From: Nannocystales bacterium | GTDB lineage: Bacteria > Myxococcota_A > Polyangia > Nannocystales > Nannocystaceae | Length of the DNA stretch: 17,896 nucleotides | Assembly (NCBI GenBank): GCA_050633305.1 | Contig: JBOEGF010000060.1 | Span: forward strand, 768 to 18,663 | Direction: 5' to 3' | Shown: in pieces, positions 1 to 6,925 of the stretch | Layout of the letters: every line of letters starts with the position of its first letter | Position numbering within the stretch: the stretch's first letter is position 1 | Made by a program: the position numbers and the translations under genes | The notes under the pieces: generated by a model | The model's database searches: none | Told to the model about the DNA's origin: nothing | Seen by the model: the letters and a program-made list of their open reading frames with translations, nothing else

Positions 1-145
1 TGTAGTCGCACACTCTTGACGCTGAGGCAGTGGGAGTGAGACTGTAGTCGCACACTCTTGACGCTGAGGTGGTGGGAGTGAGACTGTAGTCTCACTCTGG
101 CGGAACCACGAGCGGTGGGAGTGAGACTGTGGTCGCACTCCCACC
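1..145. repeat. Tandem 42-43 bp repeat array, each unit centred on a palindrome (candidate parS/parC centromere); truncated at window start
   Basis: Units 1-42 and 43-84 differ at 2 positions. Palindrome left arm GAGTGAGAC starts at 34, 76 and 119. Copy 76-97 GAGTGAGAC-TGTA-GTCTCACTC is a perfect inverted repeat. Copy 114-145 has 14-bp arms with one mismatch. Lies immediately upstream of parA. Confidence 0.85.
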
Positions 146-164
146 GGGTAAAAACGAGTTCTCC

Positions 165-1109
165 GTGGCAAAGAAAAAACTAAAAACCAAGGTAGTCGTG
201 GTCGCGAACCAGAAGGGCGGCTGCGGGAAAACCACCACGGTTGTCAGCCTGGCCTCTGCGATGGCCTTGCGAGGCAAAAAGGTCTCCGTCATCGACTGCG
301 ATCCACAGACGAATGCAACGCAGGCATTCGGGCTTGACCCCATGGCGTTGCCAGAGGATCGATACACGGTGCTCGATGCCTACCTGGGGGCGAGGCCGGC
401 TCTCGATATCGAGCAGCTTCTTCCTCCGCTGGAGGAGGTTCCAGACGAGCCTCGACTGGGCGGCAATCTATGGCTTGCTGCAGGTTCGAAAGGCGTCTCT
501 GGGCTTCAATTTCGCCTCGATGCACATGTCAACGAGCAACTCGCTCTGCAAAAGATCACTCACCTCGATGCGGACAGCCTGAGGGACGAGCAACGACAGC
601 GCTTGAAGGGCTCGGTCGACTCCCTACGTGGCGAACGTGATTTTGTCTTCATCGACACGGGTCCCGATCTTGGGTTTGCGCTGACCACCGCCCTGATCGC
701 CGCGGACTTCTATCTCATCCCGATGGTTCCCTCGGCGTTCGACATCTCCGGGCTAAAAATGCTTCTTAAGGCCGCGTCTCAGATCCGGGAGCGATACGAG
801 ACGAAGCTTGCTCTCCTGGGCATATTGTTGTGCCAGGTGAAGGGGACCAATCTTGACCGTGAAGTAAGGGAGCTCCTTGCGGAGACCTTCGGGGAGGGGG
901 TCTTCACGATCGAGATCCCGAACAGCGTAAAACTTCGAGAGGCGACGTTTCACGGCCTTTCGATTCTTGAGCACGCTGAGGACGGAGGGGCAGCGAAGTC
1001 GTACATGGCCCTTGCCGATGAACTTCTCACGCTGTTTGAGAAGAGGCCGGTGAGCAAGAGGACACCCAAACGGAGTTCTTCGACCAAGGCGCGTGTGAAC
1101 GCTAGGTAG
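165..1109 (+). CDS. parA: ParA/Soj-family Walker-type partition ATPase (no N-terminal HTH, type Ib-like)
   Basis: Deviant Walker A NQKGGCGKTT, IDCDPQTN, Walker B FIDTGP, IPNSVKLREA, AAKSYMALADE. The ORF track starts at GTG 129, inside a palindrome; in-frame GTG 165 (MAKKKLKTK) is preferred. Confidence 0.93.
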   Translation: MAKKKLKTKVVVVANQKGGCGKTTTVVSLASAMALRGKKVSVIDCDPQTNATQAFGLDPMALPEDRYTVLDAYLGARPALDIEQLLPPLEEVPDEPRLGGNLWLAAGSKGVSGLQFRLDAHVNEQLALQKITHLDADSLRDEQRQRLKGSVDSLRGERDFVFIDTGPDLGFALTTALIAADFYLIPMVPSAFDISGLKMLLKAASQIRERYETKLALLGILLCQVKGTNLDREVRELLAETFGEGVFTIEIPNSVKLREATFHGLSILEHAEDGGAAKSYMALADELLTLFEKRPVSKRTPKRSSSTKARVNAR

Positions 1110-1113
1110 GCGC

Positions 1114-1713
1114 ATGGCGAGGAAAACAAGAGGAGTTAACCCCAACTTCAGGTTGGGCATAGAGGTCGGCGACAAACCTATTCGCTCGGGGAGCTTTCTT
1201 GAAGAGAGCGGCATCGCGCCGCAGCTGAGCAAACCTGCTCCGCAGCAGAGCAAGCCTGCGCCAAAGCGAAGCAAGCCTGCGCCAAAGCGAAGCAAGCCTG
1301 CGCCAAAGCGAAGCAAGCCTGCGCCGAAGCAGAGCAAGCCTGCGCCGAAGCAGAGCAAGCCTGCGCCAGAGCGAAGCAAGCCGCCGAAGCGAAGCAAGCC
1401 TGCGCCGGAGAAAACAGCGGAGTTCGAGGAATCGAAGCCGGCCACTCGAACACGGCTCAACGTTCGAAAGGTGACACGAGCGAGCCTCGACGCTGTGGTG
1501 GTGCTGCTTGAGCGTGCTGGCGAAGAAGAAGCAGTGGCCCCTTCGGAGGTCGTAGACGCTCTCGTCTCGGTGGCGTACGAGGCCAGGTCGCGGATCAAAA
1601 AGGGGGGGATTCGGCGTCGTGGGAAGTACGGCACCCCACAGCACGACGCCTATCGGAAAGCCCTGGCCCAGAGCCTTGGGCAGGCAATCGCGGACCTTCT
1701 TGCTAGCGATTGA
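1114..1713 (+). CDS. Putative ParA partner / centromere-binding protein: disordered Lys/Pro repeat N-half plus RHH-like C-terminal domain
   Basis: Starts 4 nt after the parA stop. C-terminal pattern of strand TRLNVR, helix KVTRASLDAVVVLLERAG, turn, helix PSEVVDALVSVAYEA resembles a ribbon-helix-helix. Role inferred from position. Confidence 0.7.
   Translation: MARKTRGVNPNFRLGIEVGDKPIRSGSFLEESGIAPQLSKPAPQQSKPAPKRSKPAPKRSKPAPKRSKPAPKQSKPAPKQSKPAPERSKPPKRSKPAPEKTAEFEESKPATRTRLNVRKVTRASLDAVVVLLERAGEEEAVAPSEVVDALVSVAYEARSRIKKGGIRRRGKYGTPQHDAYRKALAQSLGQAIADLLASD
1228..1413 (+). repeat. Intragenic 21-bp tandem repeat, 9 units encoding SKPAP(K/Q/E)(R/Q/K); one unit is 18 bp
   Basis: AGCAAGCCTGCGCCAAAGCGA-type units read directly. 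Protein: SKPAPQQ, SKPAPKR x3, SKPAPKQ x2, SKPAPER, SKPPKR, SKPAPEK. Confidence 0.95.
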
Positions 1714-1751
1714 TTTTTCAGAGTGCGACCACAGTCGCACTCTGAAAATCA
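1711..1751. promoter_or_regulatory. Isolated inverted copy of the par palindrome with extended A/T arms (candidate parS site, possibly also a terminator hairpin)
   Basis: TGATTTTTCA-GAGTGCGAC-CACA-GTCGCACTC-TGAAAATCA. The reverse complement of 1721-1742 matches 119-140 at 21/22 positions. Confidence 0.8.
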
Positions 1752-2031
1752 GAAGGCGTCAAATCGGTCCGTGCCCGAGAATGATGACGCGTCGTCTGTT
1801 TCTGCACCCGTGTTGTCCGCGGACAGGAGAGCGAGATGATGGGCGGGATGACTGATTCTCGTTCGAGTCACGCCGGATGGAGTTTTCAGGACCCTCGGGT
1901 GATCGCGGCGTCCGCGTTTCCGCGGGCGTTGTTCGAGTGGCGGCGAACTTGCTCACTCCTGGCACCGCGATCGGAGAAAACTGATCCGGCCGGCAGGACC
2001 GGCTTTTCTTGTCGCTGAAAGAGCTGCTCCG

Positions 2032-2060
2032 TTGAGATTTAAAAAATCTGAAAGTAAGAT
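2032..2060 (+). promoter_or_regulatory. Candidate sigma70-type promoter overlapped by an inverted repeat (possible operator)
   Basis: TTGAGA (2032-2037), 17-bp spacer, TAAGAT (2055-2060). AGATTT-AAA-AAATCT at 2035-2049. Locally AT-rich. Confidence 0.6.
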
Positions 2061-2066
2061 TCCTCG

Positions 2067-2270
2067 GTGGCTCGAGCTTCAAGGTCCGAAGGAAAACCTC
2101 GGGGGCGCCCCAAGAGCACGAGGGAACGCAAGCAGACCACGGTCTATCTGTCCCCCGAAGTCCACAAGGCTGCGAAGGTTCGTGCGGCAGAGAGCGAGAA
2201 GCAGCTTTCGGATGTCATCGAGCTTGCCTTGGTGAAGCTTCTGAAGCTTCGCCTTGAAGAAGAGACGTAA
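2067..2270 (+). CDS. Small ribbon-helix-helix DNA-binding protein (CopG/ParG-like), 67 aa
   Basis: QTTVYLSPEVHKAAKVRAAESEKQLSDVIELAL is a classic RHH pattern. N-terminal KPRGRPK resembles an AT-hook. Confidence 0.8.
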   Translation: MARASRSEGKPRGRPKSTRERKQTTVYLSPEVHKAAKVRAAESEKQLSDVIELALVKLLKLRLEEET

Positions 2271-2275
2271 GACCC

Positions 2276-2330
2276 GGTGGTTCGTCGAGGTTCCACTTTG
2301 AGATCGGGGTGGGTAGTCGAGGTTCCAGTT
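2276..2330. repeat. Two 23-bp direct repeats 32 bp apart (candidate enhancer for a sigma54 activator)
   Basis: GGTGGttcGTCGAGGTTCCAcTT (2276-2298) vs GGTGGgtaGTCGAGGTTCCAgTT (2308-2330): 20/23 identical with a perfect 12-bp core. Confidence 0.75.
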
Positions 2331-2367
2331 CTCGCCCGTAACCCGTCGAGTGAAGGCATCGCCTGGC

Positions 2368-2384
2368 TTGGCATGGAGCGTGCG
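2368..2384 (+). promoter_or_regulatory. Candidate sigma54 (-24/-12) promoter of the kinase operon
   Basis: TTGGCATGGAGCGTGCG: GG 2370-71, N10, GC 2382-83. Close match to YTGGCACGRNNNTTGCW. Predicted +1 near 2395, just before ATG 2404. Confidence 0.65.
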
Positions 2385-2403
2385 TAAGACGGTGGGACAG
2401 GAT

Positions 2404-4275
2404 ATGCCCGAGATGTTCGAAAAGATCGGCCGGTACCAGCTCGTTTCCTTGATTGGTGGGGGAGGGATGGGGGAGGTCTGGTCGGTTGTCGATCCTGGGC
2501 TTGGGATCGCGAAGGCTCTGAAGGTCCTTCGTCCTTCACTCGGCTGGGATGAGCAGTACCGAAGCATGTTCGCGAGGGAGGCAAAGGTGGCGGCGCAGCT
2601 TGGCCGGCACCCAGGCTTTCCGGCGATCCACGACTTCGACGCGTCGGGAGACCTTCCCTACCTCGTGATGGACTACATCGACGGGGTGAACCTCCGAGCC
2701 TTGATCCCTGATGGGGGGCTTGCAGAAGGTTTCGTCGTCCATGTCATGCGCTCGCTATTCCGTGCGCTGCAGATCGCCCACAGCAATCGTCGCGGGAACT
2801 CGGAGGCCAACGTCGTGCACGGGGACCTCAAGCCCGAGAATATTATGGTGTCGTCGCATGGCGACGTGTTCCTCACCGACTTCGGAATCTCCCGGGTTGT
2901 CGAGGGGAGGATCGTGACGTCCTCGATCATCGGAACGATTCCCTACATGGCGCCCGAGACGTTTGACGGCGTTGTGTGTGTGCAGAGCGACCTCTTCTCT
3001 GCGGGGCTGATCCTCCATGAGTTGCTCGGTGGTGAGCGCGTGAACCCCAAGGGCTCGACCGTGCTGGACGTCAAGACGAGGTACAAGCGTGGCGTCCCGT
3101 CACTGGGCATCGAGGTGCACCCCGAGCTTGAAAGTCTGCGTCAGTTGTTGCTGCAGCTTGATGTGGATCAGAGGCTGCCGTCGGCGGAGTATGCTCTCGA
3201 CAAGCTGAAGCGGGTCGATGTTGCAGACCGATCCGACGAGCTTGCGGGGCAGTACTTGCGCCTGATTGGTCCTCCGCACACAGGTCTGACGCAATACCTG
3301 CAAGCGCTAGACAGTGAGGGCTCGTTTCTGCCCGGGTACTTCCGGAGTCAGAAGTCCATCGCTCGAGCAGGGGAGGCGACTACATCGTCTCCCAAGCAAG
3401 CTCCTGAAGAGTTGGAAGGCCCTGGGCACACGGTTGCAGTGTCCGACGAGGAGCTGCGTGCGATTCGAGAGGGGCGAAGCTTTCAGCCTGAGAGCGAGCT
3501 GCCTGAAGCCTCAATCCCGACGCCGTCAGATGTCCTGCATGCGAGCACCGAGCCGGTGGACTTCGACTCGTTGGGCCCTGCGAGCGCTGCGGAGCCCGAA
3601 GCTGAGGGCGGCTCGGGGCGTTTGTGGTGGCTCAAGCTCTGCGGGCTGTTGATGGTCTCGATCTTCGGAGGGATCGGAGCCGGTTACCTGTTGCTGGGAG
3701 GAGCCGCGGTGTCTCGGATGCGCTCTGGTGCCGATGATACGGGGGAGAGCGTGCCGGAAACTGAGCGAGATGTTGGAGGGCGACTTGCCAAAAATGCGCC
3801 CGCGCGTGACGAGCCCGAATCGGGAGTCGAACCGCGTCCTCGCCTTGAGATCCCAACCTCGACGCTCAAGGACTCGAGTAACGAGGACGCGAGCCTCGCT
3901 GTTGCGGATGCGCCAGTGGCCGTTGAGGAGAACGCTCCTCGGTCGACGAAACCAAGCGAGGAGGCTGCAGAGGACGCGCCGAAGCCTCGGGCTCGGCCCG
4001 CGGAGAAGGTCAAGGTCGTGTTCTATCTAGGTGCTGGTCACACCGCCGATGTGATCAAGGTCGGGAGGAAGAAAATTGTGGTCTCAGACCTACGGGGAGA
4101 GCCGGTCTTCGAAACGATGCTGCTGCCGGGTCGAGTGACTTTGTCGTTCTGTGAGCAGACTGGTGCGTGTCGTAGGTTTGGTGCGATTCGAGTGCCTCGC
4201 CTCGGCTCGACCGAGTCGCTGTTCGTGAACCTTCGACGCGACAAGCCTCAGGTCCAGCGGAGGGAGGAGAGGTGA
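2404..4275 (+). CDS. Membrane-anchored Hanks-type Ser/Thr protein kinase 1
   Basis: GGGGMGEV, ALK, HGDLKPEN, DFG, GTIPYMAPE, SDLFSAG. TM segment LWWLKLCGLLMVSIFGGIGAGYLLLGG, acidic/Pro linker, small C-terminal beta-rich domain. ATG 2404 (or 2413) is preferred over GTG 2350, which lies upstream of the candidate promoter. Confidence 0.93.
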   Translation: MPEMFEKIGRYQLVSLIGGGGMGEVWSVVDPGLGIAKALKVLRPSLGWDEQYRSMFAREAKVAAQLGRHPGFPAIHDFDASGDLPYLVMDYIDGVNLRALIPDGGLAEGFVVHVMRSLFRALQIAHSNRRGNSEANVVHGDLKPENIMVSSHGDVFLTDFGISRVVEGRIVTSSIIGTIPYMAPETFDGVVCVQSDLFSAGLILHELLGGERVNPKGSTVLDVKTRYKRGVPSLGIEVHPELESLRQLLLQLDVDQRLPSAEYALDKLKRVDVADRSDELAGQYLRLIGPPHTGLTQYLQALDSEGSFLPGYFRSQKSIARAGEATTSSPKQAPEELEGPGHTVAVSDEELRAIREGRSFQPESELPEASIPTPSDVLHASTEPVDFDSLGPASAAEPEAEGGSGRLWWLKLCGLLMVSIFGGIGAGYLLLGGAAVSRMRSGADDTGESVPETERDVGGRLAKNAPARDEPESGVEPRPRLEIPTSTLKDSSNEDASLAVADAPVAVEENAPRSTKPSEEAAEDAPKPRARPAEKVKVVFYLGAGHTADVIKVGRKKIVVSDLRGEPVFETMLLPGRVTLSFCEQTGACRRFGAIRVPRLGSTESLFVNLRRDKPQVQRREER

Positions 4276-6107
4276 GCGTGGGGGTGCAAGAGCCTTCGGA
4301 TGAGATTGTCGGGAAAGTTCTCGACGGTCGATTCGAAGTGAAGAGCGTCCTCGGGGAAGGGGGGCTCGGGTTCGTCTACCTCGCCCGAGACCGCGAACTC
4401 GGACGTGACGTCGCGCTCAAGATTCTGGTGCCTCGCTACCGTGGCCGGCCCGAGCGTGAGTCCAGATTGCTCGCTGAGGCCGTGAAGGCGAAGGCCGTGG
4501 AGCATCCTCGGGTGGTAACGAGCCTGGGCTCGGGTCGGTTGAGAGACCTCGGTGGGTGCCCGTTCGCATTGTTTGAGTTGGTCTCGGGGAGCTCGCTCAA
4601 CGTGCGGCTCGCTTATGACGGGGCATTCGAGCCTTTGCGCGCGGCGAAGATGCTCCGAGAGCTGGCGGGGCTGGTGCATGCCTGTCATGCGGTGAGGATC
4701 GTGCATCGGGATGTGTCGGTGCAGAACATCTTCCTGGAAGACGACGGGGCTCTGACGCTTATCGACTTTTCCCACGCTGCTCGGCTCGATGAGACGAAGA
4801 GTCGCGCAACGCTGCACGGTGAGATTCCAGGCGCTCCTTGGTACATGTCACCCGAGCAGGCTCGGGGGGAGCAGGCGGCTGCGAGCATGGATGTGTTTGC
4901 TCTGGGAGTCGTCGGGTTCGAGCTGTTGATTGGCAGAAATCCGTACCGGAGCGTGCAGATGGACATCTTTGCCGAGCTTCAAGGGCGGGAGGAGTTGCGG
5001 CAGCCGAAAATCGACTGCCGGATCTTTCCTGATGTGCCTGAGCCTCTGGCCAAGGTGATCAACGGAGCTTTGACGCTCCGGGCTTCGGACCGAAGCACCC
5101 TCCCGAGTTTCATCGCGAAGCTCGACGAGGCGCTCGTGGAGATGAGGGCGATGATGGGGGGCGGTTCGCTGGAGGAGCCGGCCGACAACGTGTCGAGCTT
5201 GTCAGGGCACACGATGCCGATGCGGCGCCCTGCCGTCATCGCCGAGGGGGCTCGGCCTGCTGGAGATGAGACGCTGGTGCAGTTGGTCCGCGGCGGCGCT
5301 CAGATGCCTTCGGCGAAGCTCGCTCATGCGGGGCTAGAAAAGGTTGGGCGAGACGAGGCTTTGGTGAGCCACCCAGGGCAGCTCGACGTGTCTGTTGGGT
5401 TCGAGCCCGGAGCGACAACGGCTCGCGAAAGCCCATCGGTCAGGTCGGTTGATCCGGCCCCGCCTGAGCGCGGAACGATACGGGGGAGGCTCGTGTTGTC
5501 GGCCGCGGTGTTGCTTGCGGTGTTCGTGGCGGTCGCTGTCGCGGTGAAGCCATCTCCTCGTGTCTTGGTGGCGGGCCTGTGGGCGAGAATCGGCGACGTT
5601 GTGAAGCTGGAGGCATCGGCACCGGGGCACGAGGGGGCAGCTTCCGATGCGGTCCAAGGTACCGCTGGGCCAGCGAAAATCGATGTGGGAAGCGTTGCCG
5701 AAGATCATGAAGAGGAGTCCGTTGCTCTGCCCGACCTGGGCGCGAAGGGGGCCGAGGTGCAAGGCCCGAAACCGCGAGACCCGAAGCCACGCAGCCCGAG
5801 ACCGCGAAATCCAAAGTCTCATGACTCGGAGCCCAAAGTCGACGAGAGTGAACCGGCGTTGTCCTGCGCCGAGCAGCGCTCAGGGGCCAAGGCAGCTGCT
5901 GGAAGCGAGAAGTGGAAGGCTGCGTTGGCCTTCACGAAGGAAGCATCTTGTTGGTCCGCGAAGAACGACCGAGCGCAGATTCGCGCGGAGGCGTTCTTTC
6001 ATCAAAAGCGTTACGCCCAGTGCGTTCGTGCTGCCGCCGGCGCTACGAGCACAGCACTCAAAAAACTCAGAGGTCGGTGCTACTTGGCCATGGAGAACCC
6101 AGAATGA
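4272..6107 (+). CDS. Membrane-anchored Ser/Thr protein kinase 2 (divergent motifs)
   Basis: GEGGLGFV, VALK, HRDVSVQN, DFS, GAPWYMSPE, MDVFALG. TM LVLSAAVLLAVFVAVAVAV. C-terminal helical domain with 4 Cys. GTGA overlap with kinase 1. Confidence 0.92.
   Translation: MSVGVQEPSDEIVGKVLDGRFEVKSVLGEGGLGFVYLARDRELGRDVALKILVPRYRGRPERESRLLAEAVKAKAVEHPRVVTSLGSGRLRDLGGCPFALFELVSGSSLNVRLAYDGAFEPLRAAKMLRELAGLVHACHAVRIVHRDVSVQNIFLEDDGALTLIDFSHAARLDETKSRATLHGEIPGAPWYMSPEQARGEQAAASMDVFALGVVGFELLIGRNPYRSVQMDIFAELQGREELRQPKIDCRIFPDVPEPLAKVINGALTLRASDRSTLPSFIAKLDEALVEMRAMMGGGSLEEPADNVSSLSGHTMPMRRPAVIAEGARPAGDETLVQLVRGGAQMPSAKLAHAGLEKVGRDEALVSHPGQLDVSVGFEPGATTARESPSVRSVDPAPPERGTIRGRLVLSAAVLLAVFVAVAVAVKPSPRVLVAGLWARIGDVVKLEASAPGHEGAASDAVQGTAGPAKIDVGSVAEDHEEESVALPDLGAKGAEVQGPKPRDPKPRSPRPRNPKSHDSEPKVDESEPALSCAEQRSGAKAAAGSEKWKAALAFTKEASCWSAKNDRAQIRAEAFFHQKRYAQCVRAAAGATSTALKKLRGRCYLAMENPE
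5766..5825 (+). repeat. Imperfect 15-bp intragenic repeat (PKPRD PKPRS PRPRN PKSHD)
   Basis: CCGAAACCGCGAGAC / CCGAAGCCACGCAGC / CCGAGACCGCGAAAT / CCAAAGTCTCATGAC in the linker of kinase 2. Confidence 0.6.
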
Positions 6108-6925
6108 ACCGAACACGATGCGGATCTGTCTGTCTTTCCGCGCTTGTCTTCGCTGCGCCAGCCCCTGCGTATGCTCGGTCGAGCAACGACGGCGTTGTTG
6201 CTGTTGAGACCAACTTCCGAGGGGTTGACGAGGAACGCGCAAAGCGAATCGAGCCGGCGCTTCAACGACGCGCCGGTGAGTCGCTGAAACTCTCAGGCTT
6301 CGACGTAGTTCCAGATTCCGATGTCACGATCGTTTTTCACGTCCGGTCGGTTGCGGAGGATCCCAGCCCGGCCACGGTGGTGAGTGACTATGGCACCCAC
6401 ATCGAGGTTCTCGTTGACGGTGAGAGGGTCGGAGAGCAAATCGTGACGTTTTGCGATCAGAAAGGTGAGGCCGAACTCGTCGACTGCGCGCTCGGTGGAT
6501 TGGAAGAGGCGCTGCCTTTGATCCCACGGGAAGAGACGCCGACGCCAGGTAGCACGACCGCCTTCGAGACACCGCAAGTCGACGAGGATAACGACAGCTC
6601 CGCACGAAAACCGGGGGCGGCATTCATTTTGGGGGGCGGGGCGGCCGTCGTTGCGGGCGTGGGCGGACTTGTGACTGGGGCAGTTCTGCATGTCTACGAG
6701 GACACCGGAGACCGAAAAGATGCGGACCTTGGCGAGGGGCAGTTTGACGAACAGCAATCCCGGAAACTGACGATCCCTCTGATGGTCGGTGGGGCGGTTG
6801 TCGTCGCTGGTGGTGTAGCGCTCATCATCATCGGCGCCCAGAAGAACAAAAAACAGCGCAAAACCGCGTTGCTCCCTTCGCTGAGCCCCGAGTTCTCGGG
6901 GCTCACACTTCGAGGAAAATTCTGA
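6104..6925 (+). CDS. Exported protein with two Gly-rich hydrophobic segments and a C-terminal ...GLTLRGKF motif
   Basis: ATGA overlap with the kinase 2 stop. Signal peptide ending PAYA. Hydrophobic hairpin near the C-terminus and a terminal Phe motif of a kind common in myxobacterial envelope proteins. The ORF-track start at 5912 lies within kinase 2 and is rejected. Confidence 0.8.
   Translation: MNRTRCGSVCLSALVFAAPAPAYARSSNDGVVAVETNFRGVDEERAKRIEPALQRRAGESLKLSGFDVVPDSDVTIVFHVRSVAEDPSPATVVSDYGTHIEVLVDGERVGEQIVTFCDQKGEAELVDCALGGLEEALPLIPREETPTPGSTTAFETPQVDEDNDSSARKPGAAFILGGGAAVVAGVGGLVTGAVLHVYEDTGDRKDADLGEGQFDEQQSRKLTIPLMVGGAVVVAGGVALIIIGAQKNKKQRKTALLPSLSPEFSGLTLRGKF

Noticed and set aside
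1..145. CRISPR array
   Set aside because: Inter-palindrome segments are only about 18-21 bp and two are nearly identical rather than unique; no cas genes in the window.
1..145. Minus-strand reading frame open through the repeats (VSLPLPQRQECATT units)
   Set aside because: Runs off the window and has no supporting start context. The same motif recurs non-coding at 1721-1742, favouring a DNA site. Not fully excluded.
129..164. parA start at GTG 129
   Set aside because: Lies in the loop of a palindrome; GTG 165 gives a more typical N-terminus just before the first beta-strand.
1114..1713. Canonical ParB/Spo0J
   Set aside because: No ParB N-terminal GxRR motif or central HTH, so the parB symbol is not assigned.
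753..1740. Minus-strand ORFs 753-1634, 1102-1740 and 1178-1453 with repeated GAGLLRF / RRLASLW
   Set aside because: Antisense shadows of the 21-bp repeat and of parA and its partner.
1752..2031. ORFs 1836-2018 (+) and 1759-2082 (-)
   Set aside because: No recognisable motifs; the minus ORF overlaps the RHH promoter and start. Treated as intergenic.
5912..6103. N-terminal extension of the 5912-6925 ORF
   Set aside because: Overlaps kinase 2 in another frame; the signal peptide begins at ATG 6104.
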